Part shown: piece by piece, positions 1 to 9,738 of the stretch
Layout of the letters: every line of letters starts with the position of its first letter
Numbering within the stretch: position 1 is the stretch's first letter
Assembly: GCA_002341165.1 (NCBI GenBank)
Contig: DDNL01000049.1
Span: 10,891-42,890 of the forward strand
Length of the DNA stretch: 32,000 nucleotides
Source of the DNA: Shewanellaceae bacterium UBA2521
GTDB lineage: Bacteria > Pseudomonadota > Gammaproteobacteria > Enterobacterales > Shewanellaceae
Direction of reading: 5' to 3'
Made by a program: the position numbers and the translations under genes
The notes under the pieces: generated by a model
The model's database searches: none
Told to the model about the DNA's origin: nothing
Seen by the model: the letters and a program-made list of their open reading frames with translations, nothing else

Positions 1-1884
1 CCCTTCTCCTTCCTTGACTTGCATTGATTGGTGCAAGATATGTTCCAACTCAGGCGCTAAAGTGATAACCGGAATTTCATCTTCTCCATCACAGAGCTCT
101 TGGATAATAAGACGTTTCAAAGATATCCTGACTGCGGCAGTTAATAAATCAGGGTCTTTACTGCGAGGCGAGTACTCTACTAATGTTTGCGCAATGGTTC
201 TTAAATCTCTAATCGACACTTTTTCATCAAGCAGATTCTGCAAGACTTTAACGACTGTGCCCAAAGATAAGCTATCTGGGATAAGACCTTCGAGAAGTTT
301 AGGTGACTCTGCAGAAATCAAATCAAAAAGCTGCTGAGTTTCGTCATAACCTAAAAGCTGAGAGGCTTTATCGTCGAGAATATGATTTAAATGGGTAGCA
401 ATGACGGTTGCAGGGTCAACAACGGTATAGCCCAGAGACTGTGCATGCTCACGACGATCAGCACTGATCCAAACCGCCTCTAAACCAAATGCGGGGTCTT
501 TGGTTTGATAACCATCTAAACGGCCAAAAACTTGACCGGGATTGATGGCCAGAAATTCGTCGGGTTGAATATCTGCTTCACCGGCTGAAACACCTGAAAC
601 ATTAATACGATAACGTATAGGTGGTAAATCTAAATTATCTTTAATATGTACAGCTGGAATCAAAAAGCCTAACTCTTGCGATAACTTACGCCTTACACCT
701 TTAATTCTTGCAAGGAGCTCGCCTCCTCGTTCAGTATCGACTAAAGGAATCAAACGATACCCTATCTCTAAGCTGACAATATCAACTTGTTTGACATCAT
801 CCCAGCTCAAATCAGGAGGCGGTGCCTGTTCAGCTTCTTGGTGCGCTTGCTCTTCATCTACTTGCTGTTGCTGTTTGGCACTGTAAGTCATATAAAAAGC
901 AACCACGGATATCGCTAAACCAAAGAAGAAAAAGAGCCAAGGCATCCCTGGTACAAGTCCAATAATCAATAAAATACTTGAAGCAATCATCAGAGATTTA
1001 GGATCAGCAAACATCTGGTCAAAGACCATTTCACCCATATCACCTGTTTCATTTTGTCTGGTTACAATTAAAGCTGCTGAAACAGAGAGTAAAAGACCTG
1101 GAATTTGCGCCACAATCCCGTCACCAATAGTGAGCAGCACATAAAACTCACTGGCTTCTGACAAGTCGAGATCGTACTCTAAAGTACCAATCAACAAGCC
1201 ACCTATAATATTGATAAATAATATTAAAATACCAGCTACTGCATCGCCTCGCACAAATTTTGAGGCACCATCCATGGCTCCATAAAAGTCAGCTTCTTTA
1301 GTAATTTCTGCTCGCCTTGTTTTGGCTTCTTCTGCTTGAATCAGTCCCGCATTGAGATCAGCATCAATGGCCATTTGCTTACCTGGCATAGCATCTAACG
1401 TGAAACGCGCGTTCACTTCTGAAATACGGCCCGCACCTTTGGTGATCACAACAAAGTTGATGATGACCAGAATCATAAACACAATAAAGCCCACGGTATA
1501 GTTACCGCCAACAACCACTTCACCAAAAGCTTGAATCACTTTACCCGCTGCCGCGGTACCATTATGACCTTCAAGCAAGACAATACGAGTTGAGGCCACA
1601 TTCAATGCTAAACGCAATACAGTTGCAATAAGCAAAGCTGAGGGAAATGCACCAAAATCAAGAGGCCTTGGAATATAAATAGCCACCAAAAGAACAATCA
1701 AAGCTAAAGAGATATTGAAAGAAAATAAGAAATCCAGCACCATAGGCGGGAGCGGCAAAACCACCATAGCTAGAATAGCGATTAAGAGTAAAGGTGTACC
1801 CACACCTTTAAAGCTGATCCGCTTTAAATTCTCAGGCGTGAGCAGCGATGTTTTGTAATCAACAAGTTTTTGCTTAAGTTCCAT
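1..1884 (-). CDS. flhA: Flagellar biosynthesis protein FlhA, C-terminus cut by the window edge
   Basis: Minus-strand reading from ATG at 1884 gives MELKQKLVDYKTSLLTPENLKR...LLLIAILAMVVLPLPPMVLDFLFSFNISLALIVLLVAIYIPRPLDFGAFPSALLIATVLRLALNVASTRIVLLEG. This is typical FlhA, and the frame appears open to base 1. It is absent from the supplied track because no stop lies inside the window. Confidence 0.95.
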   Translation of the reverse strand, partial: MELKQKLVDYKTSLLTPENLKRISFKGVGTPLLLIAILAMVVLPLPPMVLDFLFSFNISLALIVLLVAIYIPRPLDFGAFPSALLIATVLRLALNVASTRIVLLEGHNGTAAAGKVIQAFGEVVVGGNYTVGFIVFMILVIINFVVITKGAGRISEVNARFTLDAMPGKQMAIDADLNAGLIQAEEAKTRRAEITKEADFYGAMDGASKFVRGDAVAGILILFINIIGGLLIGTLEYDLDLSEASEFYVLLTIGDGIVAQIPGLLLSVSAALIVTRQNETGDMGEMVFDQMFADPKSLMIASSILLIIGLVPGMPWLFFFFGLAISVVAFYMTYSAKQQQQVDEEQAHQEAEQAPPPDLSWDDVKQVDIVSLEIGYRLIPLVDTERGGELLARIKGVRRKLSQELGFLIPAVHIKDNLDLPPIRYRINVSGVSAGEADIQPDEFLAINPGQVFGRLDGYQTKDPAFGLEAVWISADRREHAQSLGYTVVDPATVIATHLNHILDDKASQLLGYDETQQLFDLISAESPKLLEGLIPDSLSLGTVVKVLQNLLDEKVSIRDLRTIAQTLVEYSPRSKDPDLLTAAVRISLKRLIIQELCDGEDEIPVITLAPELEHILHQSMQVKEGEG

Positions 1885-1931
1885 GCGTGTGAGTCAAGTC
1901 CATGACGCTTTCTGACAATAATCTAGCGTCC

Positions 1932-1947
1932 TGCAAAATCCACACCA
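1932..1947 (-). promoter_or_regulatory. Candidate sigma-54 promoter for flhA
   Basis: Minus strand TGGTGTG-GATT-TTGCA. GG-N10-GC spacing and the -12 element are exact; the -24 element matches 4/7 of TGGCACG. It lies 5 nt after the flhB stop and about 48 nt before the flhA ATG. Confidence 0.45.
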
Positions 1948-1952
1948 AGCTC

Positions 1953-3107
1953 TTATAATTGCTCTTGGATATGATCAGGCAACTTAAAATCTTTTGGCAG
2001 TACAAAATCTTTAGGTAAGGCTGATGGCTTTTTACCTCGACCTGCTTTGTATTCATTAAGCTGATAAATATAAGCTAAGACTTGGGCTACAGCGACAAAC
2101 AAAGGCTCAGGTATTTCTTGCTTTACGTTTGTGGTATAGTAAATCGCACGCGCAAGTCGAGGAGAAACAATAATAGGTACATCGTTGTTTTTGGCAACTT
2201 CTCTGATTTTAAAAGCTATCTCGTCTACACCTTTAGCGATAACAAATGGAGACTTGGCTTTTTTCAAGTCATAACGTAATGCGACTGCATAATGTTCAGG
2301 ATTCACTATCACAGCATCGGCTTCAGGCACATCGTTCATCATCTGACGTTGTGCAATTTCTTGCTGTAAGCGCCGAATTCGACTCTTGATTTCAGGGTTG
2401 CCGTCGCTGTTCTTTCGCTCATCTTTGACTTCTTGCTTAGTCATCCTCTGATCTTTACTGTGCTTCCAAATTTGATAAGGCGCATCAATCGATACAATAA
2501 ATACCATGGATAAACACAAAATCATAAACATTGTGAGCAGCAACTCCAAAGCATGCTCTAGAGGCACTTCATAGCTTTCAAAGGGTAAAAATAGAATCTC
2601 ATCAAAATAAATATATAAAGTTAAAACCACCACACCAATAATGAGTACAACCTTAGCAATACTCTTCACCAACTCAACCAGAGCTTGTAAACCAAGCATA
2701 CGCTTAAAGCCACGTAGCGGACTTAACTTCTCCCACTTAACTTTCACGGCATAATAAGAAAAAGTAATACCACCAATGAGTACATTACCTAAAAAAGCAC
2801 AGAGAAAAAGAAAAGCAATGAAGCCAAGTATAGGCAAAGCGATTTGTTCTGCTATAGCCGAAAAAGCTTCTATCATCGCCATAGGATCCATTAACTTATT
2901 GGTATCGAGCGTCAAGAAGTCTTTCATCAGGATAAACATACGCTCACTCATCACACCGCCAAATAAATACATAGCGATAGCCGATGCAACCAATACACTT
3001 GCAGTACCTAGTTCTCTGGAGCGCGGTACTTGTCCACGCTCTCGCGCACGTTGTAGTTTTCGGGGAGTGGCTTCTTCGCTCTTCTCTTGTGAGGTATCTT
3101 CAGCCAT
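1953..3107 (-). CDS. flhB: Flagellar biosynthesis protein FlhB
   Basis: 384 aa. MAEDTSQEKSEEATPRKLQRARERGQVPRSREL N-terminus and NPEHYAVALRYD (the NPxH autocleavage site). Confidence 0.97.
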   Translation of the reverse strand: MAEDTSQEKSEEATPRKLQRARERGQVPRSRELGTASVLVASAIAMYLFGGVMSERMFILMKDFLTLDTNKLMDPMAMIEAFSAIAEQIALPILGFIAFLFLCAFLGNVLIGGITFSYYAVKVKWEKLSPLRGFKRMLGLQALVELVKSIAKVVLIIGVVVLTLYIYFDEILFLPFESYEVPLEHALELLLTMFMILCLSMVFIVSIDAPYQIWKHSKDQRMTKQEVKDERKNSDGNPEIKSRIRRLQQEIAQRQMMNDVPEADAVIVNPEHYAVALRYDLKKAKSPFVIAKGVDEIAFKIREVAKNNDVPIIVSPRLARAIYYTTNVKQEIPEPLFVAVAQVLAYIYQLNEYKAGRGKKPSALPKDFVLPKDFKLPDHIQEQL

Positions 3108-3117
3108 AGCTCACACA

Positions 3118-3897
3118 CTAACAGGATTGTAAAGTGAAGGCGCAGACCTTGTCTTCAAGAGTCGACCACAGATGAGGATAATAGTGATAGACATTAATGA
3201 CCGTTAGCCAAAGGATAAATATGCCGCAAAGCATAGTAATGGGAAAGCCAACAGAAAAGATATTGAGCTGAGGTGAAGCGCGAGTCATCACACCAAAAGA
3301 AAAGTTAATCAACATTAAAGCTACAATACCAGAGAGCGCCATTAAGAGCCCACTTTTGAAGATCGTACTGGTCCAGCGCGCAACAGATTCAAAATCAAGC
3401 GCAGCAAAAGTCTTCAATGCGATGGGCAGCGACTCAAAGCTATAAAATAAGATTTGAAACATAATCAGATGACCATCAAAAAGAAAAAAGAGCAATAAGC
3501 TGAAAATCTGATAATAATGAGCTACTACAGGCACTTGTTGTCCATTATTAGGATCCACCATCGCGGCAAAGCCTAAACTCGACTGCATACCAATAAGAAA
3601 GCCTGCAAAATTGAAAATTTGAATAAATACGTTTAACATAAACCCCATACTCATGCCTATGATGACTTGCTGTATCGTGACAAGAAAACCATTTAAAGAC
3701 AGCAAAGGTATAGCTTCAGGTTCAGGTAACATAGGTACCAAAGCTACGGTCATCGCAACCGCGGCCAGCAAACGCACTCTTTGTGGCACCCAGCGTGTTC
3801 CCACAACAGGCATCGCCATTAAGAAACCACCGATACGTGTAAATACCCATACATGACTGGTCATAGTGCGAAAGAGGGTGTCCATTAAAAAATCCAT
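3118..3897 (-). CDS. fliR: Flagellar biosynthesis protein FliR
   Basis: 259 aa, multi-TM; RIGGFLMAMPVVGTRWVPQRVRLL; position between fliQ and flhB. Confidence 0.93.
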   Translation of the reverse strand: MDFLMDTLFRTMTSHVWVFTRIGGFLMAMPVVGTRWVPQRVRLLAAVAMTVALVPMLPEPEAIPLLSLNGFLVTIQQVIIGMSMGFMLNVFIQIFNFAGFLIGMQSSLGFAAMVDPNNGQQVPVVAHYYQIFSLLLFFLFDGHLIMFQILFYSFESLPIALKTFAALDFESVARWTSTIFKSGLLMALSGIVALMLINFSFGVMTRASPQLNIFSVGFPITMLCGIFILWLTVINVYHYYPHLWSTLEDKVCAFTLQSC

Positions 3898-3901
3898 CTT
3901 G

Positions 3902-4171
3902 TTACCCTAAAATCACAGGAATGCGTGCCACCAGCTCAAGCGTAAAATCCATTAATTGCCTAATCAGCCAATGTCCGAGTAATCCCATAGTCAATAGAGT
4001 GACTAAAAGACGGGGTAAAAAGCTCAAGGTTTGTTCGTTAATGGACGTTGCGGCCTGAAAAATCGCGACCAGTAACCCCACACCAAGACCTGGAAGCAAA
4101 ATAGCACTGACAATCACAAGAACCGTGTACAATCCTTCTTGAAATACATGAACAAAGTACTCAGGTTGCAT
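3902..4171 (-). CDS. fliQ: Flagellar biosynthesis protein FliQ
   Basis: 89 aa; GLLVAIFQAATSINEQTLSFLPRLL is a FliQ hallmark. Confidence 0.95.
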   Translation of the reverse strand: MQPEYFVHVFQEGLYTVLVIVSAILLPGLGVGLLVAIFQAATSINEQTLSFLPRLLVTLLTMGLLGHWLIRQLMDFTLELVARIPVILG

Positions 4172-4188
4172 AGCCTACTCCTTTCTAT

Positions 4189-4935
4189 TTAGAGGCCGAA
4201 GCTTTTAGCCAGTGTGCCGATTACCAAATTCCAACCATCGACCAAAACAAACAACATGATTTTAAAAGGTAACGATACAATCATAGGTGAGAGCATCATC
4301 ATACCCATAGCCATGAGAATACTCGCTACCACTAAATCTAAAACTAAAAAAGGTAAAAACAGCATAAAACCTATTTGAAAAGCTGTTTTGAGTTCACTGG
4401 TAATAAAAGCTGGAATGAGTATGGTCATAGGTGTTTGTGCTGGTGTTTCAATGTGAGTATAACCTGCTAAATTAGCGAAAGTATTGATGTCTTTAAGTCG
4501 TGTCTGGTGCAACATAAATTTAGAAAATGGTTTTTTTGCTTCATCAAATGCTTCCATCACATTGTATTGATTATCAATGTAAGGTTTGGCTGCCTTGTTG
4601 TAGACTTCCTCTAGGACAGGTGACATGATGAAAAAAGATAGAAACAGGCTCAGCCCAATCATAATCTGATTCGAAGGCGTTTGTTGTAATCCAATTGCTT
4701 GACGCAAAATAGCCAAAACAACAATAATCCGTGTAAAAGACGTCAACATTATGACCATCGCAGGAATAAAGCTCAGCGCCGTCATTAAAATGAGGATTTC
4801 TAAAGTCACTGAATATTCGTTTTGACCATCAACACTCTGCGTTACCGTCAAAGCTTTTACACCTTGGTCAGCTAAAACAGAAGGCGTCCACAGACTCAGT
4901 TGTACGCACAAAAAGATCATCCATTTGTTGATCAT
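4189..4935 (-). CDS. fliP: Flagellar biosynthesis protein FliP
   Basis: [60 protein letters not shown]. The track starts at 4983, but the internal ATG at 4935 ([15 protein letters not shown]..., signal-like) overlaps the fliO stop as ATGA and is the likelier start. Confidence 0.94.
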   Translation of the reverse strand: MINKWMIFLCVQLSLWTPSVLADQGVKALTVTQSVDGQNEYSVTLEILILMTALSFIPAMVIMLTSFTRIIVVLAILRQAIGLQQTPSNQIMIGLSLFLSFFIMSPVLEEVYNKAAKPYIDNQYNVMEAFDEAKKPFSKFMLHQTRLKDINTFANLAGYTHIETPAQTPMTILIPAFITSELKTAFQIGFMLFLPFLVLDLVVASILMAMGMMMLSPMIVSLPFKIMLFVLVDGWNLVIGTLAKSFGL

Positions 4936-5321
4936 GATTGTTGCACCTGTTTTAGTCGAGATGAAAAATGAGGGGATGCGCATGTTACAGGCTGATCTAA
5001 CTTATCAATTAAGCTCACATGCTGCTGTGTTACGCCCAGTAAATACTGCTGACCTTCAAGCTCCACCAGCATCATTTTGCTTGAATGGCTCAGTGGCGTC
5101 ACCGCTAAGGTCTTGATAGGCCCTTGCATCACAAGGTTCAGTTTAAATCGCTTGATAACCCAAGCAACTAAGAAAATCATCGCAATGACAAAAGCAAGCC
5201 CTAAAGTAATCTGCATGACCTGCACACCCAAATGTGCTTCATCTAAAGGGGATGTGGATTGTGCTTGAGCTTGACATGATATCCCTAAAATGAGCCAGAT
5301 CATCCTTGTATGCATAGCCAC
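4932..5321 (-). CDS. fliO: Flagellar biosynthesis protein FliO
   Basis: 129 aa with one N-terminal TM segment ([20 protein letters not shown]) and [35 protein letters not shown]; lies between fliP and fliN. Confidence 0.88.
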   Translation of the reverse strand: MAMHTRMIWLILGISCQAQAQSTSPLDEAHLGVQVMQITLGLAFVIAMIFLVAWVIKRFKLNLVMQGPIKTLAVTPLSHSSKMMLVELEGQQYLLGVTQQHVSLIDKLDQPVTCASPHFSSRLKQVQQS

Positions 5322-5330
5322 CTTCTTGTG

Positions 5331-5723
5331 TTATTTTAATTTTTTAATACGATCGGTTAAACTGATCACATCTGTTAGACGAATACCAAACTTATCATTG
5401 ACGACCACTACTTCACCATGTGCAAGGAGCATTCCATTTACCATCACATCTAAAGGCTCGCCTGCAATCCGTTCTAACTCCACCACAGACCCTTGGTTTA
5501 ACTGAAGTAAGTTACGAATAGTGATTTCGCAATGCCCCACTTCCATCGAAATCGTCACAGGAATGTCCATAACAGTTTCTAATGTAGCCATTTGCTCGTC
5601 AGATAAATCTTCGACTTTCAGTTCATCAAGAGGAACGGATATCGCACCTTCCTCTTCTTCCTCTTCTATGGCTTGATTAAGGTTTTTCGGTTTAAGAGGT
5701 TTGAAGTGGTTTTCGTCATTCAT
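5331..5723 (-). CDS. fliN: Flagellar motor switch protein FliN
   Basis: MDIPVTISMEVGHCEITIRNLLQLNQGSVVELERIAGEPLDVMVNGMLLAHGEVVVVNDKFGIRLTDVIS. Confidence 0.97.
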   Translation of the reverse strand: MNDENHFKPLKPKNLNQAIEEEEEEGAISVPLDELKVEDLSDEQMATLETVMDIPVTISMEVGHCEITIRNLLQLNQGSVVELERIAGEPLDVMVNGMLLAHGEVVVVNDKFGIRLTDVISLTDRIKKLK

Positions 5724-5738
5724 AGTGTTGACCTCTAC

Positions 5739-6800
5739 TTATTCATCATCATCATCATCGTCATCATCATCAGGTTCTAATTGCTTACGCTCATTTTGCT
5801 CTCGCAACTTATCTTGCTTCTCTTTTTGCTTTTGTTGTAATTCACTGTTTACAAAGACAGGACGTTCAATCATATTGTCAATTTTCACCGCAACTCGATC
5901 GCGAGATGAACCCACTTTAGCGTGATAAGTTGGTAATCCTTCTATAGAGATCAAAGCATGTTCAGGCATATCTACAGGAATCACATCTCCAGGCCTTAGA
6001 TGCATGATCTCTCGTAAACTTAATTCTGTATCTAAAAGATGTACATCAAAACCCACTTCTACATCCATTACCTCTTCATTGAGTGCTGTCGACCATCGAT
6101 GATCCGACTCTCCCGAATCACTTTGTATGCCCGCATCCAATAATTCACGAATAGGCTCAACCATAGCATAGGGTAAAGCAATGTGAAAATCGCCTCCGCC
6201 TCCCTCTGCTTCAATATGAAATGAGCTCACCACAATCACTTCGGTTGGCCCTACAATGTTAGCCATAGAAGGGTTCACTTCTGAATCTAAGTATTCCATT
6301 TCAATATCTAACACAGTTCCCCAAGCACCTTCATAATCTTCAAAGATCATTTGAATGACCATTTGAACAAGTCGGCGCTCTGTAGGCGTAAACTCTCGTC
6401 CTTCAATTTTAGCGTGGAAGCGACCATCACCACCAAAAAAGTTATCGACCAAGATAAAGACCAACTTCGCTTCAAGTGTCACAAGACCAATCCCTTTTAA
6501 GGGACGAAAGCGAATCATATTCAAACTTGTCGGTACAAATAAACTATGGGTGTACTCACTAAACTTAATCATTTGCACACCATTGACCGATACATCTGTC
6601 GTGCGGCGCATCATATTAAAAATACTGATACGCATATGGCGTGCAAAACGCTCATTGACCATCTCCAACGTCGGCATACGTCCCCGAACAATGCGATCTT
6701 GCATCGCAAAGTTGAAGACGGATTCCTGATTATCATCCTCTCCATCATCGGAATCTGGACGCATGAGCGCGTCAATTTCGTCCTGTGATAATAAATCCAT
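5739..6800 (-). CDS. fliM: Flagellar motor switch protein FliM
   Basis: MDLLSQDEIDALM start; NFAMQDRIVRGRMPTLEMVNERFARHMR; ends in a poly-Asp tail. Confidence 0.97.
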   Translation of the reverse strand: MDLLSQDEIDALMRPDSDDGEDDNQESVFNFAMQDRIVRGRMPTLEMVNERFARHMRISIFNMMRRTTDVSVNGVQMIKFSEYTHSLFVPTSLNMIRFRPLKGIGLVTLEAKLVFILVDNFFGGDGRFHAKIEGREFTPTERRLVQMVIQMIFEDYEGAWGTVLDIEMEYLDSEVNPSMANIVGPTEVIVVSSFHIEAEGGGGDFHIALPYAMVEPIRELLDAGIQSDSGESDHRWSTALNEEVMDVEVGFDVHLLDTELSLREIMHLRPGDVIPVDMPEHALISIEGLPTYHAKVGSSRDRVAVKIDNMIERPVFVNSELQQKQKEKQDKLREQNERKQLEPDDDDDDDDDE

Positions 6801-6817
6801 ACGTTAAAATGACCTTT

Positions 6818-7276
6818 TTACTGAATAACAAAACCTGTAAAGAGCACCTGGGTAATCACTTTATCACCCATCACTTTCTTCATCACACTTTGCGTCGCGC
6901 GCAATGAGTTCGAATTCAACTCCTGGCGACCTGCCTGCGTCAATAAGTCTTTATATTCTGCTGAAGAAAACTCATTAAGCAGAGCATTCTCAAGCAAAGG
7001 AATATTGTTCAATGCGATTCTCTCGCTCTCTGCACCTCTGACCACAAGCTGAACACTGATTTGCACTGTTCTCACACGATCGCCATCGTTTAAATTGAAA
7101 ATGAAGGCTTTAGGCATAGGTACATAAAAGGCATTCCCCACATCAACTTTAGGAGCCTCTTCTTCTTCAACCACTTCTTCTTGAATAAAGTAGCCTTGAG
7201 AATCCAAAATAAAAAACACGGCCACAACAAGTAAAAGTAAGCCGGCCACACCACCTATCACTATTTTCATATTCAT
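6818..7276 (-). CDS. fliL: Flagellar basal body-associated protein FliL
   Basis: 152 aa, single N-terminal TM, ...FYVPMPKAFIFNLNDGDRVRTVQISVQLVVRG...VTQVLFTGFVIQ; between fliK and fliM. Confidence 0.92.
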   Translation of the reverse strand: MNMKIVIGGVAGLLLLVVAVFFILDSQGYFIQEEVVEEEEAPKVDVGNAFYVPMPKAFIFNLNDGDRVRTVQISVQLVVRGAESERIALNNIPLLENALLNEFSSAEYKDLLTQAGRQELNSNSLRATQSVMKKVMGDKVITQVLFTGFVIQ

Positions 7277-7300
7277 ATAATTGATTCTCTTCTCTTTAAG

Positions 7301-9655
7301 TTATGCATAATAATCAACAAGTCTACGCTCATGATAGGCTCGTAGCTGTCCCATTTGCTCCATCTCTTCAGATTCTTGTCCCGCATAATGTCCGTATCTT
7401 TTAGAAGGTTGGCGTTGTTGTTGATCTTGCTGTTGTTGACTCACTTGACCATCAGTTAAAGAAAAACCTTGCTGATGTAATAAGTCTCTTAGTCTAGCCA
7501 AAGACTGCTCCAATAAGTCTCGAGTCTGAACTTGATTCACTTGAAACTGTACTTGCGTTTGCTCACCTTGCATTTGAATACGAATATGAATCAAGCCTAA
7601 TTCAGGCGGATCAAGTTGTAAGTCTGCCGAAGTCACACCTCTGTCTGTCATCATCATAATCTGATGACGCATCATAGGTGCAAACTTATCATGCAATGCT
7701 TGCATCATATCCGAACGAGAAGCTAATTGAGTATGAGGTGACTGTTGTGCTTGAGCATGCCCTTGCATACGTAACTTCATCATATAGTGTGCTGTTTTCT
7801 CTTGGCTATACACACTCGACTGAACCGGCGTGCTTGACTCAGCTTGTACACGTTCTGCCACGATATGCTCTGAAGTCTGTAACTTGTCATAGTTCTGATC
7901 TAACTGCTTGTATTGAGCAAGCAGCTTCGCAGGTATGTTTGATTTTAATTGATTTAAAGTGACCTGCTTGTCTTGTTGTAAGATCTGCTGAGTTTCTTCT
8001 TTCTTGAGTACAGATTGCATTAAATCTATCTCAGAATCTGAATCCATGATTTGAGGCATCTCAGTAGATCGTGTTATATCAAACTGTTGCTGAAATAAAT
8101 CTATATTCTTTTTACTCTGTGGCTTGGCCTGTAAATCAAGTGTGTAAACCGCTTCTGTATTAGATTTTTTCTGACTAGCCAACTCAAGATGTTCAGCTTC
8201 CAATGATAACTCGATATGCACATCATCGAGTAAAGGCATGACCATCTGCTGTGTCGTCTCACTTTGTATGACTTTCTCTTCAGTCGTTACAGCCTCTTGA
8301 TCTATGATCTCTTCAGATGATTTAGCTTCATACTGGCGCGTTAAATTTACTTGTTCTGGAACCTGCTGTATTTGTCCTTTTACATCGAGATCCACAGCAT
8401 CATCTTTAATCGATGCTGAAACACCTTTCACTTGTTCTGTGCGCACGACCTCTGAGTCAAGCAACGTAGAAGTTAATTCTTGCTCTACGTGCTCTTGCTG
8501 ATTGTGTGCAATAGGTGCGCTTGAATCTGAGCTCTTTTTCTGCTCAGGCTCCACGTCTTGCTCAGCATGCAACTTAGGACTCAATTCAAGATGCTGTTTG
8601 ACTAAAGTCTCCTCTTCTTGCTCGACTTTTGTTTTATTTTCAAGTTCTTGTTGTAAGGCAGAAGTCAGAAGGTCTTCAACAGGCATATCTGTAGGTTGAA
8701 GCTCAAAAGCTTCAGATTCAGCATGTTCTTGCACTATGGCCAGATCGGGTGAACGCTCTGCTTGGACGAGTAAGAGATCTTCTGTTTGCATCGCTGGCTG
8801 AGGTAGTTCAATTTCAACAGCTTGTTGTTCTAATAGATGTTGTGCTAGATTTAAATCCTTTGATACGTCATCATCCATCGTGGTCGTAGTAAGCTGCAAT
8901 ACACTGTCTCGGTGTTCAGAAATTATCTCCGATGACATAGACGTTCTGAGTAAAGCATCGAGTAAATTTTCATCTACATTTTGCTGACCTTGATCAGCAA
9001 TATTCTGTGCTGCTAAAGCCTCATCTTCTAAAGTGTCTACTTCCTCAACGACTCTATCTTGATCTGATACAGTTATCTGCTCTTGATCCATCTCTTCTCT
9101 TACCTCTTGTTCTGAAGAGGTACGATGTTGCTTGTGAGCAAGCGATGGCGCAGCTTGGTAGTCCTGCTTAGAAGAGAGCCTGTCTTGATCGCGCTTATCT
9201 TGCACAACCGATGTATCATCAGACGCTTTCGAGGTCTTGACTGTACTCTTTTGATCAGTAATAGATTCATCTTTATTTTTAGAGGTACGCTCGATAGGTT
9301 TCGGGCTCTGATCATCTTTAGACCTACGCGCAGCCTGTTCTACAGGTTGCTCAAATGCGGCTTTTTTCTCTATATCAACTTGATGAGATTCGTTTCTCGT
9401 TTGTTGTCGATTCTGCAGAGCCGATGAAGGAGGTTCAGGTACTTGAGGTACATCAGGTTTTTTTGATAGTTGAGCTGACGGCGCAGAAGACTTGTTCTGC
9501 TCCTGTAATAGCGTTTTATGTTGTGCAGCTAAAACAGTCAAAAAATCACCCTGATTTTCAGAAGACACAGTTGCGCCACTCCATTTCGAAACCTTATGGT
9601 GTGAACTCAAAGCAGACGATAATGAATCGCCTAATGTTGGTTTTATGGACTGCAT
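7301..9655 (-). CDS. fliK: Flagellar hook-length control protein FliK, long Glu/Gln-rich form
   Basis: 784 aa; C-terminal core LQLDPPELGLIHIRIQMQGEQTQVQFQVNQVQTRDLLEQSLARLRDLLHQQGFSLTDGQVSQQ; between fliJ and fliL. Confidence 0.93.
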   Translation of the reverse strand: MQSIKPTLGDSLSSALSSHHKVSKWSGATVSSENQGDFLTVLAAQHKTLLQEQNKSSAPSAQLSKKPDVPQVPEPPSSALQNRQQTRNESHQVDIEKKAAFEQPVEQAARRSKDDQSPKPIERTSKNKDESITDQKSTVKTSKASDDTSVVQDKRDQDRLSSKQDYQAAPSLAHKQHRTSSEQEVREEMDQEQITVSDQDRVVEEVDTLEDEALAAQNIADQGQQNVDENLLDALLRTSMSSEIISEHRDSVLQLTTTTMDDDVSKDLNLAQHLLEQQAVEIELPQPAMQTEDLLLVQAERSPDLAIVQEHAESEAFELQPTDMPVEDLLTSALQQELENKTKVEQEEETLVKQHLELSPKLHAEQDVEPEQKKSSDSSAPIAHNQQEHVEQELTSTLLDSEVVRTEQVKGVSASIKDDAVDLDVKGQIQQVPEQVNLTRQYEAKSSEEIIDQEAVTTEEKVIQSETTQQMVMPLLDDVHIELSLEAEHLELASQKKSNTEAVYTLDLQAKPQSKKNIDLFQQQFDITRSTEMPQIMDSDSEIDLMQSVLKKEETQQILQQDKQVTLNQLKSNIPAKLLAQYKQLDQNYDKLQTSEHIVAERVQAESSTPVQSSVYSQEKTAHYMMKLRMQGHAQAQQSPHTQLASRSDMMQALHDKFAPMMRHQIMMMTDRGVTSADLQLDPPELGLIHIRIQMQGEQTQVQFQVNQVQTRDLLEQSLARLRDLLHQQGFSLTDGQVSQQQQDQQQRQPSKRYGHYAGQESEEMEQMGQLRAYHERRLVDYYA

Positions 9656-9682
9656 AACTACCTCATAAACAACACCAACAGG

Positions 9683-9717
9683 TATACACCTTTGAGCTTC
9701 CTGATGCCAAGTGTATA
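9683..9717. repeat. Inverted repeat in the presumed fliK leader
   Basis: Perfect 7-bp arms TATACAC (9683-9689) and GTGTATA (9711-9717) with a 21-nt spacer. Confidence 0.4.
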
Positions 9718-9738
9718 ACTTATAACTAAGATTTATAG

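Noticed and set aside
14-337. Plus-strand ORF of 107 aa
   Set aside because: Antisense to flhA, whose minus-strand protein reading is strongly conserved.
2776-3132. Plus-strand 118-aa ORF
   Set aside because: Antisense to the flhB N-terminal coding region, no recognisable domain and no clear ribosome-binding context.
4936-4983. N-terminal extension [16 protein letters not shown] of the FliP track ORF
   Set aside because: It overlaps fliO by about 50 nt and masks a normal signal-like N-terminus starting at 4935, which forms an ATGA overlap with the fliO stop.
5701-5925. Plus-strand ORF with a poly-Ser run
   Set aside because: Antisense artefact of the GAT/GAC repeat at the fliM 3' end.
8304-9657. 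Several plus-strand and alternate-frame ORFs (8304-8501, 8502-8699, 9100-9315, 9125-9427, 9355-9657)
   Set aside because: All shadow the low-complexity fliK ORF; Ser/Cys- or Leu/Phe-rich translations typical of reading opposite Glu/Gln codons.
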